A stretch of DNA of 64,000 bases from the NCBI GenBank assembly GCA_951406725.2, contig OX597829.1, forward strand, positions 40,920,001 through 40,984,000, given 5' to 3'. The notes beneath the pieces were generated by a model. The model saw nothing but the letters and a program-made list of their open reading frames with translations. It searched no databases and was not told the DNA's origin. Origin of the DNA: Octopus vulgaris. Its lineage: Eukaryota. This document shows positions 38,100 through 51,780 of this stretch, one piece after another. Position numbers and translations under genes: made by a program. Each line of letters opens with the position of its first letter. Positions within the stretch are counted from its first letter, which is position 1.

Positions 38100-38495
38100 A
38101 GGGAGAATTCACAAAAAAAAAAGAAACAAAAGACGAAGACAGGTGGTGTAGACAACCAAGAGATGTATTAGGTTAACGCTCGAGAAGTGAAAAAGTCTTT
38201 AACGTTTCCAGCCTACAGTCTTCACCAGAAAGGAACACAGAAAGAAACAAGGAGAGAAAATAAAGAACGCGTAGTGGCTAGCGCTCTATCATGGCATATG
38301 CCGGACAGAAGGGTCACACAGACGAGCTAGGAAGAAGGGGAGATAATATAGTAGTGGTGATCCCAAAACGAATGTGCGCGTGCCTGTGTATAAGAGAGTA
38401 TGTGTATGTGTGAAGATGTGCGGCTGGGAAGTGGTCAGTGCTAGTGTGTGCGTGGTGTGATGGTGTTGGGATGTGGGGGAGGCGAGAGGCGATAT
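38100..38495 (-). mobile_element. Penelope-like pLTR fragment, family H1, with variant hammerhead at 38197-38232
   Basis: Homologous to 680-855; abuts and truncates the Tx1 LINE 3' end. Confidence 0.6.
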
Positions 38496-38499
38496 GTGT

Positions 38500-41400
38500 A
38501 TTTCCACGATAGACTCGGCCGACAGGCAGACTCGTCCCACGCGTGACAGCAGCCGTTCGGCATAAGCCCACAGGTCCGAAATGGTTGGACACTGCAAAAG
38601 AGCGTGCAGAACGGTTTCGTCACTCTGACCGTATCTCGGGCAAATCGGTCCAGTGTGTCTCGAACCGTGCCTGTAGAGCTTATCCCGAACAGGTAATGCC
38701 TCTCGATAACACTGCCAGGCCAGGGATCTTTGGTGATTGTCCATAGGTCCTGAACAGGCGGGTCAGGTGTCTCTCGTCGACGCCCAGATTCTTCCCGAGA
38801 AAGTCGTCGCACCTCCCCTCCGCTAATCCTCTATAGAACGCCTTTGTTGTAATGAAGTCGCACAAATTTGGTCCCGGACGGCAGAGTTGCTTGACAGCAA
38901 CGCGACACTCGCGGTACCATTCGCCTAGCCTCTGTCTCTGTTTGATCCACGATTGTAGTTCGGCCAAGGAGACGAGCTGCGGGAAAGCGCGTTGCACAAA
39001 AGGTGACCACACCAGTTCACCGTCGTCTATGAAGCGCCGAAGATGTCGCAGTCTCAGCGCATGTCTGCGCATCATCAACCACGGAATGCCTAGCCCTCCA
39101 TTTAGCGGGTGTTGACAGCAAATGGATCGCCTAACCATCGGAACGTTTCCCTTCCACAGGAAGCGGAAGAGTATGCGTTCCAGTTTGGTGATGGTAGGGT
39201 CGGGACAAGGCACGACGGTCAGACGGTAATCGATGACGGATGCGGTGTACGCGTTCGCCACCTCCGCCCGACCTTTTAGGGATAGCTTCCTCTCAGCCCA
39301 TTGCTGGGTGAGAGTGGCCACCCTATTCGTTATTTCGCCCCAGTTCTTCTCCATTTGGAGGTCCGGACCGAACCAGACTCCGAGCAATTTAACCGGTCCG
39401 TCAGTCCAGTATCCCACGATGGAGACGCTGTTGGACGGCATGGGCTTGTTTCTCCAGGTGCCAAGCCGCAAGCTCAATGACTTTTCCCGGTTGATTTTTG
39501 TCCCGTTACCGCTTCGTATTCTTTTAGTGTCTCGCCGACCAGGTCGATGTGCTTGTGGCTAGACACTATGACGGTGACGTCGTCCGCGTATGCAGACACG
39601 CTCTTCCCGCATCCCAGCTCACGTGGGATGCCCCTCAGCGTCAACAGCTTCTGCAGAAGTGGCTCAAAAGTCAATACATGCAGAAGCGACGAGAGGGGGC
39701 ATCCTTGACGAACCGAACGCATGATGTTAAATGGTCTGGATGCCGCTGTATAAGGCAGCGATCCATCCGCGGAAGATGGGACCGAAACCAGCCGCTTTAA
39801 GGACAGCTTCCAAGTAGTGATGGTCTACCCTATCGAAGGCTTTTGATTGATCCAAATTTATCATTGCCCCAACCATGCCAGGATCCTTAACTACCCTGTC
39901 TATGATGTAGCGCATCAGACGGAGGTTATCATGGATACTCCAACCCGGCACGGCGCACGTTTACGCCTTGTCGACTAGTTTCTTGATGACAAGCGCCAAC
40001 CTCTCGGCTAACACCTTGACAAAAATTTTCAAATCTGCGTTGAGCAGAGTGATGGGCCTAAATTGTCTATGACGTCCCCCTTGTTTGGATCTTTCTTTAG
40101 CAGTGCCACTGCTCCTTACTTTACAAAGGCGGGGATACTCCCGTTTTGCTGCCAGTTGCAGTAGACAGCTGCCAAGACGCCTCCAAACAAGTCTGGCATA
40201 TGACAATAAAGTTCGTAGGGCAGACCATCCAAGCCTGGTGACTTGTCTCTTGCGCAGCCTGCCATCGCATCCCGTACGTCTGCAGCTGTGATGGGTTTTT
40301 CACAACACTCCGCTTCTCTTGCTGAGAGTCGGGGCAGGGCATGCAGGTAGGCACTAAAGTCCACTATGCGTTCTGACCCACCACTTGTCCCAAACAGTTG
40401 GGTAAAGTGTTGTTGAAAAGCCTCACATATCCTTTCAGGCTCGAGTAATTCGCGCCCCTGTTCATCTGTAAGTGACCTGATGGTGGCTCTGTTGCCTCGT
40501 TGCGTCTCCACCACTCGGGACCTCTCGGGTGGCTCCAACTCCTTCGTTCCTCAGAGCACGCATCCTAGCTCTGACAACGCATCCTTCGTGTTTGGCGTTG
40601 AGGTGTTGGTCGAGGGCCAACCTCGCTGCCAGTACGTTGGACGCGATGCCAGTTCTAAGTGCCTCTTCTAAATTCTTAACTAATTCTCCCTCTATTCTAT
40701 TTCGGTCTAATGCTAGGGCCTTACTGTACCTAACCGATTCTGCTTTAATTGCTTTCTTTAGAGCATACCACTATCTGTTGTTTATGATGGCACCCGTCAA
40801 AGCTCTAACTAATATGCTAATCCGGTCCCTGTAAGCCTGGCGTGCCGTGAAAGACGCGTTCAGCTTCCAGTAACCAGGACCCTGCCTATATGTCTTATCT
40901 AAGTCAAGTGTACAAGTCACAAATTTGTGGTCTGTGTAGCTGACTATTGTGGACAACCTACACTATCTTTATCTACTGTCCTACAGAATACTCTATCTAA
41001 GTACGATCTGGACGACCCGATGCGGTTGCTCCATGTCCACATTGGCACATTCGGATTGTCCAGTTGGTACCTGTCAGATAGTTGGAAACGTTTGAGCAAG
41101 TCTTTGAGGCATTTTCACCCCCTCCTATTATTATCTCTGCCCACGTAGTCTAGATGCGTGTCCAGGGCGGCGTTCCAATCCCCCACTAAAAGTAAAGGTC
41201 GAGACGTTCCCAGGAAAACCGCTAGACGACGAAAGAAATCTGGCCGGCCTGTTAAGGACGGTGCATAAACTGTTATCAGTCGAAAAGCACGCTCATTGCT
41301 GCCATCGACATCCAAGACGACCAGCCTACCCTCTGGGTCTAGGAAAATTGCTCTTACTTTGAGGTCCAGACTCTTCCGGAGAAGCACCGCGGTTCCACCT

Positions 41401-41600
41401 CCGCCCATTTTCAGTAGACACGGAGAAAAATAAATGTCGAAATGTGTGCCGAACATGTGCTGGAGTACCCGCGGGCTGTGGAGTCTGGTCTCACTGATGG
41501 CTATGATATGCAGATTTTGTGACTTGATGTCGTTTAACAGGTAGCCTTGTTTCCAAGGCGACCCCAAGCCACGTACATTTATACTGCCTATTTTGAGCAT
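38500..41600 (-). pseudogene. Tx1-type ORF2 (APE-RT-zinc finger), frameshifted
   Basis: SINVRGL, ISETR, VYAPS, GDWNA, TDHK, GPGYWKLN, KSPGLDG, RPITLLNAD.K, LDQSKAFDRV, VRQGCPLS, YADD, GGLG, ETVLHALLQC. Confidence 0.95.
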
Positions 41601-41639
41601 GTTCCTATCGAAAGTTGCGTTTTACACACGAAAGATGAA

Positions 41640-41691
<52 letters not shown>

Positions 41692-41694
<3 letters not shown>

Positions 41695-42319
41695 CTTACT
41701 GTCCGAAAATTCTTTGTTCTTCACCTCACAGTCTTCCCCCAGAAGGTTTTTATACAGTTTTTTGGACATATATTTTTGCAATCTCCCAACTGCATCAGGA
41801 TAGAGAGATTTTAGGGTGCTGTGTGTGTTCTGTGTTATGTATATGATTTTAATGTGTTGTGGTGGTGTTGTGCGTGGGTGATTCTTTGTTTTGGTATCAT
41901 TTTCGGTTATGTTGGTGTTTGACCTAATGGATTCCATTAGGTCGGGGTTGTTGGTGTTTATGGCTGTCAACATTCTTGGGGGGTTTGGCGGTAGTGTGTT
42001 TGTGTTGATGTGTTTGTTTTCTGCGGATGCTTTAGTTTCAGGAGTGGTAAACCTCCCCGCTTTGTTTGTCTGCTTCTCTGTTCTTTTTTTCCCCCTTTTC
42101 CCCTCCCCCTGTGGCTATTTGCCAATCTCTATGTCGTCTTCATCTGATGACATGTCAGAGGAATCAGAAGGTGGGAGGGGAAGCGTATTGCGGGGTCTAT
42201 TTCTGACTGTGTTGACTTTGTTGTTGGTGTTGGTGCTAGTTGGTAACAGTTGGGGTGTCGTGTATGGGTTTTTGGAGGTGGGTTATGAGTCTTTTTGGTT
42301 TTCTCTTCCTCCTTTAAAG

Positions 42320-42378
<59 letters not shown>

Positions 42379-43451
42379 GGTGGTGGTGGTGATGATGGTG
42401 TTGTTTCTGTTCTTGGTGGCGCTGATGGTAGTGTTGTTTGGTTGGGCTCACTTGTTGGTTGGTGATCTTTCATTTGTTTATATAGTTGTTTAATTAGTTG
42501 TGCATATAGCGGTGTGGGTAGTAGTGCTGGTTTTTTGCATGGTTTTTGGTTTTCTTGTAGTTGTTGTTGTTTTTCATGATCTTGCTGTCGTTGTTGTTGC
42601 TGTTGTTGTATCTGTGCTAGTGGGCACTTATTTTGTAAGTGTGCGTTGCTACCACAAACGTAGCCTTCGACGGCCACATGTAAACTCGAACCGTCCCTCA
42701 ATTGAATTCTAAGTGGAATTTTCTCGTGGATCATTGTATTTATCTGAGCAAGGATTTGGATTTCTCGGCCGATCCAGTATTGATGGTCTACGATAGCGAT
42801 TTCCAAAATATGGATTTCGTCTTCGATATCGTAGCATATGGCGGACACGAGCCATTTTATTTCCAATTCAGGAAGCGCATTCTTTATTTTAATTTTTGTA
42901 ACCCTACGGCCAAGGTATGTAGGGATCATTAATAAATTTTCAAATGGGAAGGACTTTGTGGAGAGGTCCTTGGCTCTTTCTTCACTATCGAATCGAACTT
43001 CGATGGTGGCAAATTTGTTGCCCCTTGTGATATAGTCTTTAAAGGCCCATATAGGCTTTAAGCATTTTTCAACATTTTCTTGTGTGGCCTTTTCATATAG
43101 CTTTGTTTTTAGGTTGAATGTCTTGCAAATAATTGGGGGGTTTTTTCGATTTTTTCTGTGATGTCTTGAGGTGTCTGTAGTTGTATGCTGGGGTCGTCTT
43201 TTTTTAACATTGCTTTACAGGCAAGTAGTTCGTCCTTCGAAAAAGATACGAAAGATTTCTATAGCTTAAAAACTGCGGCAAAATTGTTTTCGGTATTCGT
43301 GTTGGTTGTGGTGGTGATGGCGGTAGTGGTGGTAGCAGTGGTAGGGCCAGTAGCAGAAGCGCTTTCCAAGGGCTGTGTGCGTTCACGCGGAACGGCTCTG
43401 TTTTCAGCTTCCTTTGCCTCTAGCGTCTGCCTCGTGGTTTCGCATAGTCAT
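41692..43451 (-). pseudogene. Tx1-type ORF1 with zinc knuckle, frameshifted
   Basis: MIPTYLGRRVTKIKI.. and YVCGSNAHLQNKC knuckle upstream of ORF2, with a low-complexity P/T tract. Confidence 0.7.
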
Positions 43452-43668
43452 ATTTGTTTAGAAATATGGCAAGGAAACCGAAGAAAATGGAATTGTAAAC
43501 AAGTTTGAAACTAACCCTAGGGGTCAACTCCTCCCTTGAAAATACACTCAAACGAAAGCTGGGTGTTTTACACACCTTGTGTGTAAAAATTGGAACAAAA
43601 TGTGTGCAATAGAAGGTCGAAAAAAAGGGGTTACCTGCGGAGACGATGCGACATCACGTCAGCCAGTC

Positions 43669-43791
<123 letters not shown>

Positions 43792-45272
43792 GTGGTGATT
43801 CAGAACACGGTATGTGGACCTCTTTGATCAGATAGCGCCGTAGAGGCTACATTACATGTAACCTAAGAGAATGCAAAGAGAGGTGATCAGAGTTGAAGGA
43901 ATCCGATCTAATCCTTGTAGCCGTTTCACATCAGTGTGTGGGTGGCTTGGATTATTTTTCTTGAATTATATCTCTTTCCTTTTTTTTTTAATTATGTCTA
44001 TATTTTACATACTCATTTAATTATTATGAGTAATTATTGTGTGCTAGTAACCTTTAGCGTTGTAACTTATTTTAAAATGTCTTCCACTCCACCTGCTTTT
44101 ATATAATTTCCTTTATAACCTCCACGCGCTTTTGTAATATCTTTGTAAGTCATTCATCGTATGCATGAATGAGCCGTAGTGAATATAGAAGAAAGCACTA
44201 TTATTGCTTTTGTTGTTATTGTTGTTGCTTCTATTATTGTTGTCTACGGAAGCGAACAAATGCCGATACTTGTGTAATGGGAGATACTAAATAAAGACTC
44301 GTGTTGGAAGCACTTTTCGTTGTTAAAAATCGAATAGAAGGGAAAATGGTGACAACACCACCATCGCCATCACTACTACCCTCAGTAACAACATACCGCC
44401 AAATACTGAGAACAGATTTGAGTCAACACAAAAAGCAAAGGAGGAGCGGGTTGGTTATGTCACAAAAGTTGGTGGATCATTGTTCGAAACATTTATAAAA
44501 GAAAGGGTGAAGGAAAAATTTGACAAAAATCTACGTTTCAAAAAAGAATAAAAAAAAGAGGGAGCTTTCATGTGCCTTAGAAAGAGAAACTGGAGGAAGC
44601 TCTGGCTCGTGTGTAGCGAGACATATACATCCTCAACCAGGTCAGGGAATATGAAGGCGTGTGTTTGACTTTAAGATAAATGACAACGGGAGGAGACAAG
44701 AATAGCTGATGTGCCGCGGACAAACTAATGTCACAGTATATTAATGTCAAGATTTTGGTACGGACGTAGAACTTTTACCAGTCGTTACCTTTAAGTCATT
44801 CTACGAACATATAGAACAATTCTAAGGATGTGCCTGAGGATTGGTGAACAATTGTTGGTAGAAAGCTGGTATCCTTGGTGGTCAGAGTAATTTTGGATTT
44901 GTGCGGTTCTTTGGCTAACTCTATTTGGAAGATCTCTTGTACTTGGAGGAATGTAAAATCCATCTATTCACTTATCTTGTATATTATTCTCTCTCCGACA
45001 ACGGTACTAATCGTCATAAAAATCATCTACGAAGGCTCTACTTCATTTTTTTCTCCGAAAATGGAATAGTCCAATAGTATATGGATTGCTTATCTTCGTT
45101 TGAAGGAAAATGCACTATATGTGCATCTAATCTTGAAACAGCTGTCGGAGACTATCTGTATACCTTGTCTCTTTAGATCTACGCTATTTTAACAAATCAA
45201 CAATTATGTTTAGATAAATAAATACCATAATCTAAAGCGATACCAGTTATTTGCCTGTTAATGTTTCCATCC

Positions 45273-45488
45273 TACTCTTTTACTTGTTTCAGTCATTTGA
45301 CTGCGGCCATGCTAGAGCACCACCTTTAGTCGAGCAAATCGACCCCAGGACTTATTCTTTTGTAAGCCTAGTTCTTATTCTATCGGTCTCTTTTGCTGAA
45401 CCGCTAAGTTAAAGGGACGTAAACACACCAGGATCGGTTGTTAAGCGATGTTGGGGGGACAAACACAGACACACAGACATACACACAT

Positions 45489-45563
<75 letters not shown>

Positions 45564-45737
45564 CATATATACGACGGACTTTTTTCAGTTACCGTCTTAC
45601 CAAATCCACTCACAAGGTTTTGGTCGGCCCGAGGCTATAGTAGGAGACACTTGGCCAAGGTGCCACGCAGTGGGAATGAATCCGGAATCATGTAGCTGGT
45701 AAGCAAGCTACTTACCTCACAGCCACTCCTGCGCCTA
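45273..45737 (-). mobile_element. SINE family B
   Basis: Full copy with expanded internal (CA)n. Confidence 0.9.
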
Positions 45738-45987
45738 CTGTACATATATCTGCTCGATGATAAACTCCCTATAGTCATTCATTGCTACGCAGCTACAACA
45801 TCGTTGCTTTTTGTTTTATTTGCCATCAAAGTTAAGAGTTTTAGGTGGTAAGTCAACTTGTGAACTAGCTATATGTACCTTTTACATTACATCATTAAAC
45901 ATTACCTGAACTCACCCTACATTATTGTTGGTGTTACAGTTTCTATCACTTGGTTATAAAGCATTGTTTTGTATCTATATAATTTTT

Positions 45988-46445
45988 GGATCTTTTCGGT
46001 TTGAACGGCAGTTTTTAACATAATTTCTAGGTAACTAAAAAATTTTAAACTTCGTATACTGGTAGAATGTGTTTATAAAACATCTTTTTCTCTTGGCTTT
46101 ATTGAGAAAATTCTATAGTTTGTAAGATATTTGTTGTTGTTTTTTTTTCTTCAATTTCTGCAATTTCAACCAATCAAATACGTCTATTGAGGTAAAAAAC
46201 ATTCTGTGCCGTATGAATATGTCCCTCGTTTAAGAAACAGATTGGATTTATTTACATTTGTGAAGAAAAAAATATACCCTTCCCCCTACCCCTAACCCTA
46301 ACCCTAACCCTAACCCTAACCCTAACCCTAACTAACCCTCACCCTAAAACACATTGAAATGCAATAGATCGATACTAGGGTCATAATTATGGGTGACAAT
46401 TTCATGACACCGCTAGAAAAACTGCCGTTCAAACCGAAAAGATCC
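45988..46445. mobile_element. TIR MITE (GG..CC termini) with internal (CCCTAA)n
   Basis: 29-bp perfect TIR GGATCTTTTCGGTTTGAACGGCAGTTTTT; no clear TSD for this copy. Confidence 0.85.
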
Positions 46446-47338
46446 CACATCTCTTATTTTTACATTGATCTCTTCCTATTTATGCATCGATGTCTCTATA
46501 TCAAGAAATTCATTTCTCTTCGTTTGTATAATGATTTACATGCGCGGCGAACGAACAATTTTTGACTTTATCTTCATGACATTGCACTTCTGTAATTATA
46601 CAATTCTACAACCATACACAACGCATATTATAAACGCGTCGCATTCATCTCAGATGTCATGTTGTTTCAAACTGGTGAATCGAATTCGTTCGGTAAATCT
46701 CAAGATTCAAATATATTTTGTCGCTTAGTAAATTTTCTTCGTTGCGTAAGCAGCGGTATCGTGACACTATTTGTTACGAGAAAGACATGCTCTCAGTTTT
46801 CGATAAAAAATTTAATAAAAACATACTAGCGAACTCATGGAAATTTCACTAGTTTCGCTTGTTAAAAAAACAGAGAAACTAAAGTTATCTCTTATTGTGA
46901 TGGTGGATACTAAGGTAAATGGTATGCAAGATAGATAGATAAAAGAGAGATGAGGGAGATATGAAAGAGGAAGTTGTTGTGACAAGCGTTAGTTGAGGCG
47001 GTAAGAGTGAAAGATAAGAGAAAGAAAGGCACGAAAAAAGAAACGTCCATGAATTCAGTCGTATAATCATACACATCACACACAAGCATGCACACACACA
47101 CACACATACATACAAACTCATATACATACATACCTACATACATACATACGTGCATACATACATACATACACACATACATACATACATACACACATACATA
47201 CAGACATACATACATACATACATACATATATACATACATACATACACACATACATACATACATACACACATACATACACACATACATACATACATACACA
47301 CATACAAACATACATACATACATACATACACACATGCA

Positions 47339-47369
<31 letters not shown>

Positions 47370-47502
47370 GTGCATACATACGTGCATACATACATACATA
47401 CATACGTGCATACATACATACATACATACATACATACATACATACATACATACATACATACATACGTGCATACATACATACATACATACATACATACATA
47501 CA

Positions 47503-47536
<34 letters not shown>

Positions 47537-48051
47537 CATACATACATACATACATGTATACATTCATACATGCATGCGTAATATTCTGAGAAATGTAACA
47601 GTTCGTTTCGTTGTGATGTTTGTAGGATGTTAGTTAACGGAGGTGTTTCTGGTGGTGGTGGTGGTGGTGGTGGTGGTGGTGGTGGTGGTTGTGGTGGCGG
47701 CGGCGGTGGTGGTGGCGGCGGTGGCGGTGGCGGCGGTGGCGGCGGTGGCGGCGGCAGCGGCGGTGGTGGCTTTAGTGGTTTTGGTGGTGGTCGTGGTCGT
47801 CGTCGTCGTAAGTAATGAGGAGCTGACAGCAAAACAATTTTTGTGGACCGAAACTTTAAAAAATAAAAAAAATTCGTATGATTTAACGCATGCGCCTCAG
47901 TGCAGGTAATCGTTATGGAGTGTCGCCAGCACTACCACCATGGACTTGCAAGCTACAAAGAACGGCATTTCACAAACTGAAAATATCAGCATTACTGTTA
48001 CTAGCGCCACTAACCCCATCTATCATTTCTTTCTTTTTTTTTCTTTTTTCT

Positions 48052-48412
48052 GTTACTTGTTTCAGTCACTTGACTGCGGCCATGCTGGAGCACCGCCTTT
48101 AGTCGAGCAAATCGACCCCGGGACTTATTCTTTTGTAAGCCCAGTACTTATTCTATCGGTCTCTTTTTGCCGAACCGCTAAGTGACGGGGGATGTAAACA
48201 CACCAGCACACAAACACACACACATACATATATATATATACATATATACGACAGGCTTCTTTCAGTTTCCGTCTACCAAATCCACTCACAAGGCATTGGT
48301 CGGCCCGGGGCTATAGCAGAAGACACTTGCCCAAGATGCCACGCAGTGGGACTGAACCCGGAACCATGTGGTTGGTTAGCAAGCTACTTACCACACAGCC
48401 ACTCCTGCGCCT
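48052..48412 (-). mobile_element. SINE family B
   Basis: Homology to family B. Confidence 0.9.
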
Positions 48413-48803
48413 ATTATCATTATCAACTTTTCTTTCCTTTCTCGGTGGCTTTTCTCGTTCACATATTTTCTCTTGCGTTTTTCTTTCTTTATATCTCTTC
48501 AGTGAATTCTAATCTCCTCTCTGACGATCATTCGCTCTCTTTGTATATCACTCTCCATCTCTCTCTCCCCTCCACAGCCTCTGTCTTTTTTTTTTTTCTT
48601 GCTGGCTATTTTTCTTCGTTTATCCTCACCACTGCATTATCAGCATTATCATGCTACCATCATTACTATGGCAACCAATTATTTCTTTTATATTCTGTAT
48701 GATTTATAAATTTTACCGCAAAACGAAACTTAGGTAGGAACGTAGTATTGTATTAATATATAGATATAGATACTTTCTAGTAAATGCTTACCTACATACC
48801 TAC

Positions 48804-48849
<46 letters not shown>

Positions 48850-49013
48850 CTACCTGTGTGTGTGTGTACGCGCGCGCACGCGTGAGAGAGAGGTGTAGTT
48901 AAAGTAGAACATTTTGAACATTTTTGCTTATGTAGTGTTGAGTCTGTCTGTGTAAGAACTAAAACTGTTTTATTTATATTTGACGGCTATTTGTCCTCAT
49001 CTTGTTTGTTGTT

Positions 49014-49059
49014 AACACAACGTTTCGGCTGATATACCCCCCAGCCTTCATCAGGTGTC
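49014..49059 (-). ncRNA. Minimal type I hammerhead ribozyme (PLE-type)
   Basis: GACAC-CUGAUGA-A-GGCUG(10 nt)CAGCC-GAAA-CG-UU-GUGUU, with palindromic AACGUU in place of stem III. Confidence 0.75.
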
Positions 49060-49163
49060 TTGGGGAAATTTCAAACCTCGGTTCACATTCCTAACGTACT
49101 TTTCGATTTTATTATTATTATTATTATTATTATTAAGGTCACTTTCTAGAACTGTTTTGGCCA

Positions 49164-49211
<48 letters not shown>

Positions 49212-49212
49212 G

Positions 49213-49572
49213 CTTTTACTCCTTTACTTGTTTCGGTCATTTTTCTGCGGTCATGCTGGAGCACCGCCTTTAGTCGAGCAAATCTACCCCCAGGACTTAT
49301 ACTTTGTAAGCCTAGTACTTATTCTATCGGTCACTTTTGCCGAACCGCTAAGTTACGGGGACGTAAACACACCACCATCGGTTGTCGAGCGATGTTGGAG
49401 GGACAAACACAGACACACAAACACACACATATATATACATATACATATATACGACGGGCTTCTTTCAGTTTCCGTCTACCAAATCCACTCACAAGGCTTT
49501 GGTCGGCCTGAGGCTATAGTAGAAGACACTTGCCCAAGGTGCCACGCAGTGGGACTGAACTCGGAACCATGT
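49213..49572 (-). mobile_element. SINE family B (5'-truncated)
   Basis: Homology to family B. Confidence 0.88.
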
Positions 49573-49573
49573 G

Positions 49574-49634
<61 letters not shown>

Positions 49635-49638
<4 letters not shown>

Positions 49639-49840
49639 ATCCAAACAAGAAAACACAAAAAAACACAGCAACGCGAGGACGTGAAACAAATAATGTATTA
49701 TTGGACGCTCAGGAAAGAAGGGAAGAAGGAGGGTTTAACGTTTCGAGCGGAGCTCTTCGTCGGAAACATAGGAGAAGGAAAGATCCCGAGAAGGGAAGAC
49801 AGAGGAAAAAAAAATTGCTGGCGGTGCTCACGAGGTCATA
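49635..49840 (-). mobile_element. Penelope-like pLTR fragment, family H2, with variant hammerhead at 49733-49767
   Basis: GTTT-CCGACGA-A-GAGC(TCC)GCTC-GAAA-CG-TT-AAAC. Confidence 0.62.
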
Positions 49841-50164
49841 TATATATCAACAATTTTTCCTAACAGTAGTATGTACTTTTCTTTTATATTTTCTCTCTCA
49901 ATTCTTAATATTAGCAACTATACCTTCTTTTTCTTACAAACGAATATAATACTATCTTACCATAATGTTACATCCTGTCAGTATAATATTTACCGTAACT
50001 ACTTTTTCCTATCCTTCGATTTTCTAGTAACTTATTTTAAATCACAACCATATACCTGTGTGTGTGTAATTTATATATATATATATAAAGTGTATATATC
50101 GATATTTGAATATATATGTGTGTGTGTATATATATAATGTGTAAACATATGTATACATAATGCG

Positions 50165-50213
<49 letters not shown>

Positions 50214-50935
50214 ATATAATGCGTATATATGTGCATATATATTTAATGCGTATGTATATATATAATGTGTGCATATGTGGTCGGATTGAGCAGAAAATTT
50301 GCACACCTGTGTTAAATGTGCTGGCGAGTTTGCATAGCAATTTTGAGTTTGCTCATTAGAAACGCGTGGCCTCCAGAGCAACATTCTTCATCTTTTAAAA
50401 TGTGGCCCGCGTAGACCCAAATGAAACCGGGTTATAATACCGAAACAAGTAAAACAATGATAAACTATTTTAATCCCGAGCAAGACCGGGTTTGTCTTCG
50501 AGTACACTAATATTTCTATTTTCTTTCTCGTCACCGCTAAGTCAGCTAAATAAGAGTAATGTCCAAATGTACCCCGTTTCTCCCTGGCCTTGGAGTTTGT
50601 CGTCAAACCGTACACCCGACCCGAATAGCTGCAATACAGCGAGCTGTGTTAAAGCAGAGCTCATCGGGTGGTAGTTTCAAATTGAACGATGGCTTCGGTC
50701 TAGATTAAGTCTAGATTAAGTCTATCACCGAAGAATTCAGAAAGCAAAAACCGCAACAAATGCTACTAGACATCATTTCCATCTCTCTCTCTCAGAAATC
50801 CGTTAATCCACTGTCCAAGACTGGTAGATACCTTATTTTGACAACTTTGAAAGGATGAAAGGCAAAGCAGACCTCAGCGAGAGTTTCCACTCAGGGAGTA
50901 TAGAGTCAGGTTGTCAATTTACTAACAATTCACTA

Positions 50936-51780
50936 AGGCGGTGAGCTGGCAGGAACGTTAGCACGCCGGGCGAAATGCTTAGCGGTATTTCGTCTGCCGC
51001 TACGTTCTGAGTTCAAATTCCGCCGAGGTCGACTTTGCCCTTCATCCTTTCGGGGTCGATTAAATAAGTACCAGTCACGCATTGGGGTCGATAGAATCGA
51101 CTTAATCCGTTTGTCTGTCCTTGTTTGTCCTCTCTGTGTTTAGCCCCTTGTTGGTAATATTGAAATAGGTATTTCGTCTGCTGCTACGTTCTGAGTTCAA
51201 ATTCCGCCGAGGTCGATTTTGCCTTTCATCCTTCCGGGGTCGATTAAATAAGTACCAGTTACGCACTGGGGTCGATATGATCGACTTAATCCGTTTGTCT
51301 GTCCTTGTTTGTCCTCTCTGTGTTTAGCCCCTTGTGGGTAGTAAAGAAATAGGTATTTCGTCTGCTGCTACGTTCTGAGTTCAAATTCCGCCGAGGTCGA
51401 TTTTGCCTTTCATCCTTCCGGGGTCGATTAAATAAGTACCAGTTACGCACTGGGGTCGATATGATCGACTTAATCCGTTTGTCTGTCCTCTCTGTGTTTA
51501 GCTCCTAGTACCAGTCACGCATTGGGGTCGATAGAATCGACTTAATCCGTTTGTCTGTCCTTGTTTGTCCTCTCTGTGTTTAGCCCCTTGTGGGTAGTAA
51601 AGAAATAGATATTTCGTCTGCTGCTACGTTCTGAGTTCAAATTCCGCCGAGGTCGATTTTGCCTTTCATCCTTCCGAGGTCGATTAAATAAGTACCAGTT
51701 ACGCACTGGGGTCGATATGATCGACTTAATCCGTTTGTCTGTCCTCTCTGTGTTTAGCCCCTTGTGGGTAGTAAAGAAAT
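50936..51780 (+). mobile_element. SINE family A concatemer (one head plus ~4.5 body units, 184-bp period)
   Basis: Units start at 50985, 51169, 51353 and ~51609; a single 19-bp TSD AGGTTGTCAATTTACTAAC (50908-50926/51781-51799). Confidence 0.88.

Noticed and set aside
46290-46346. Telomere or chromosome-fusion scar
   Set aside because: The tract is short and internal to a TIR element that has a second copy in the window.
50936-51780. CRISPR-like array
   Set aside because: Eukaryotic context; the units are contiguous SINE bodies with no unique spacers.
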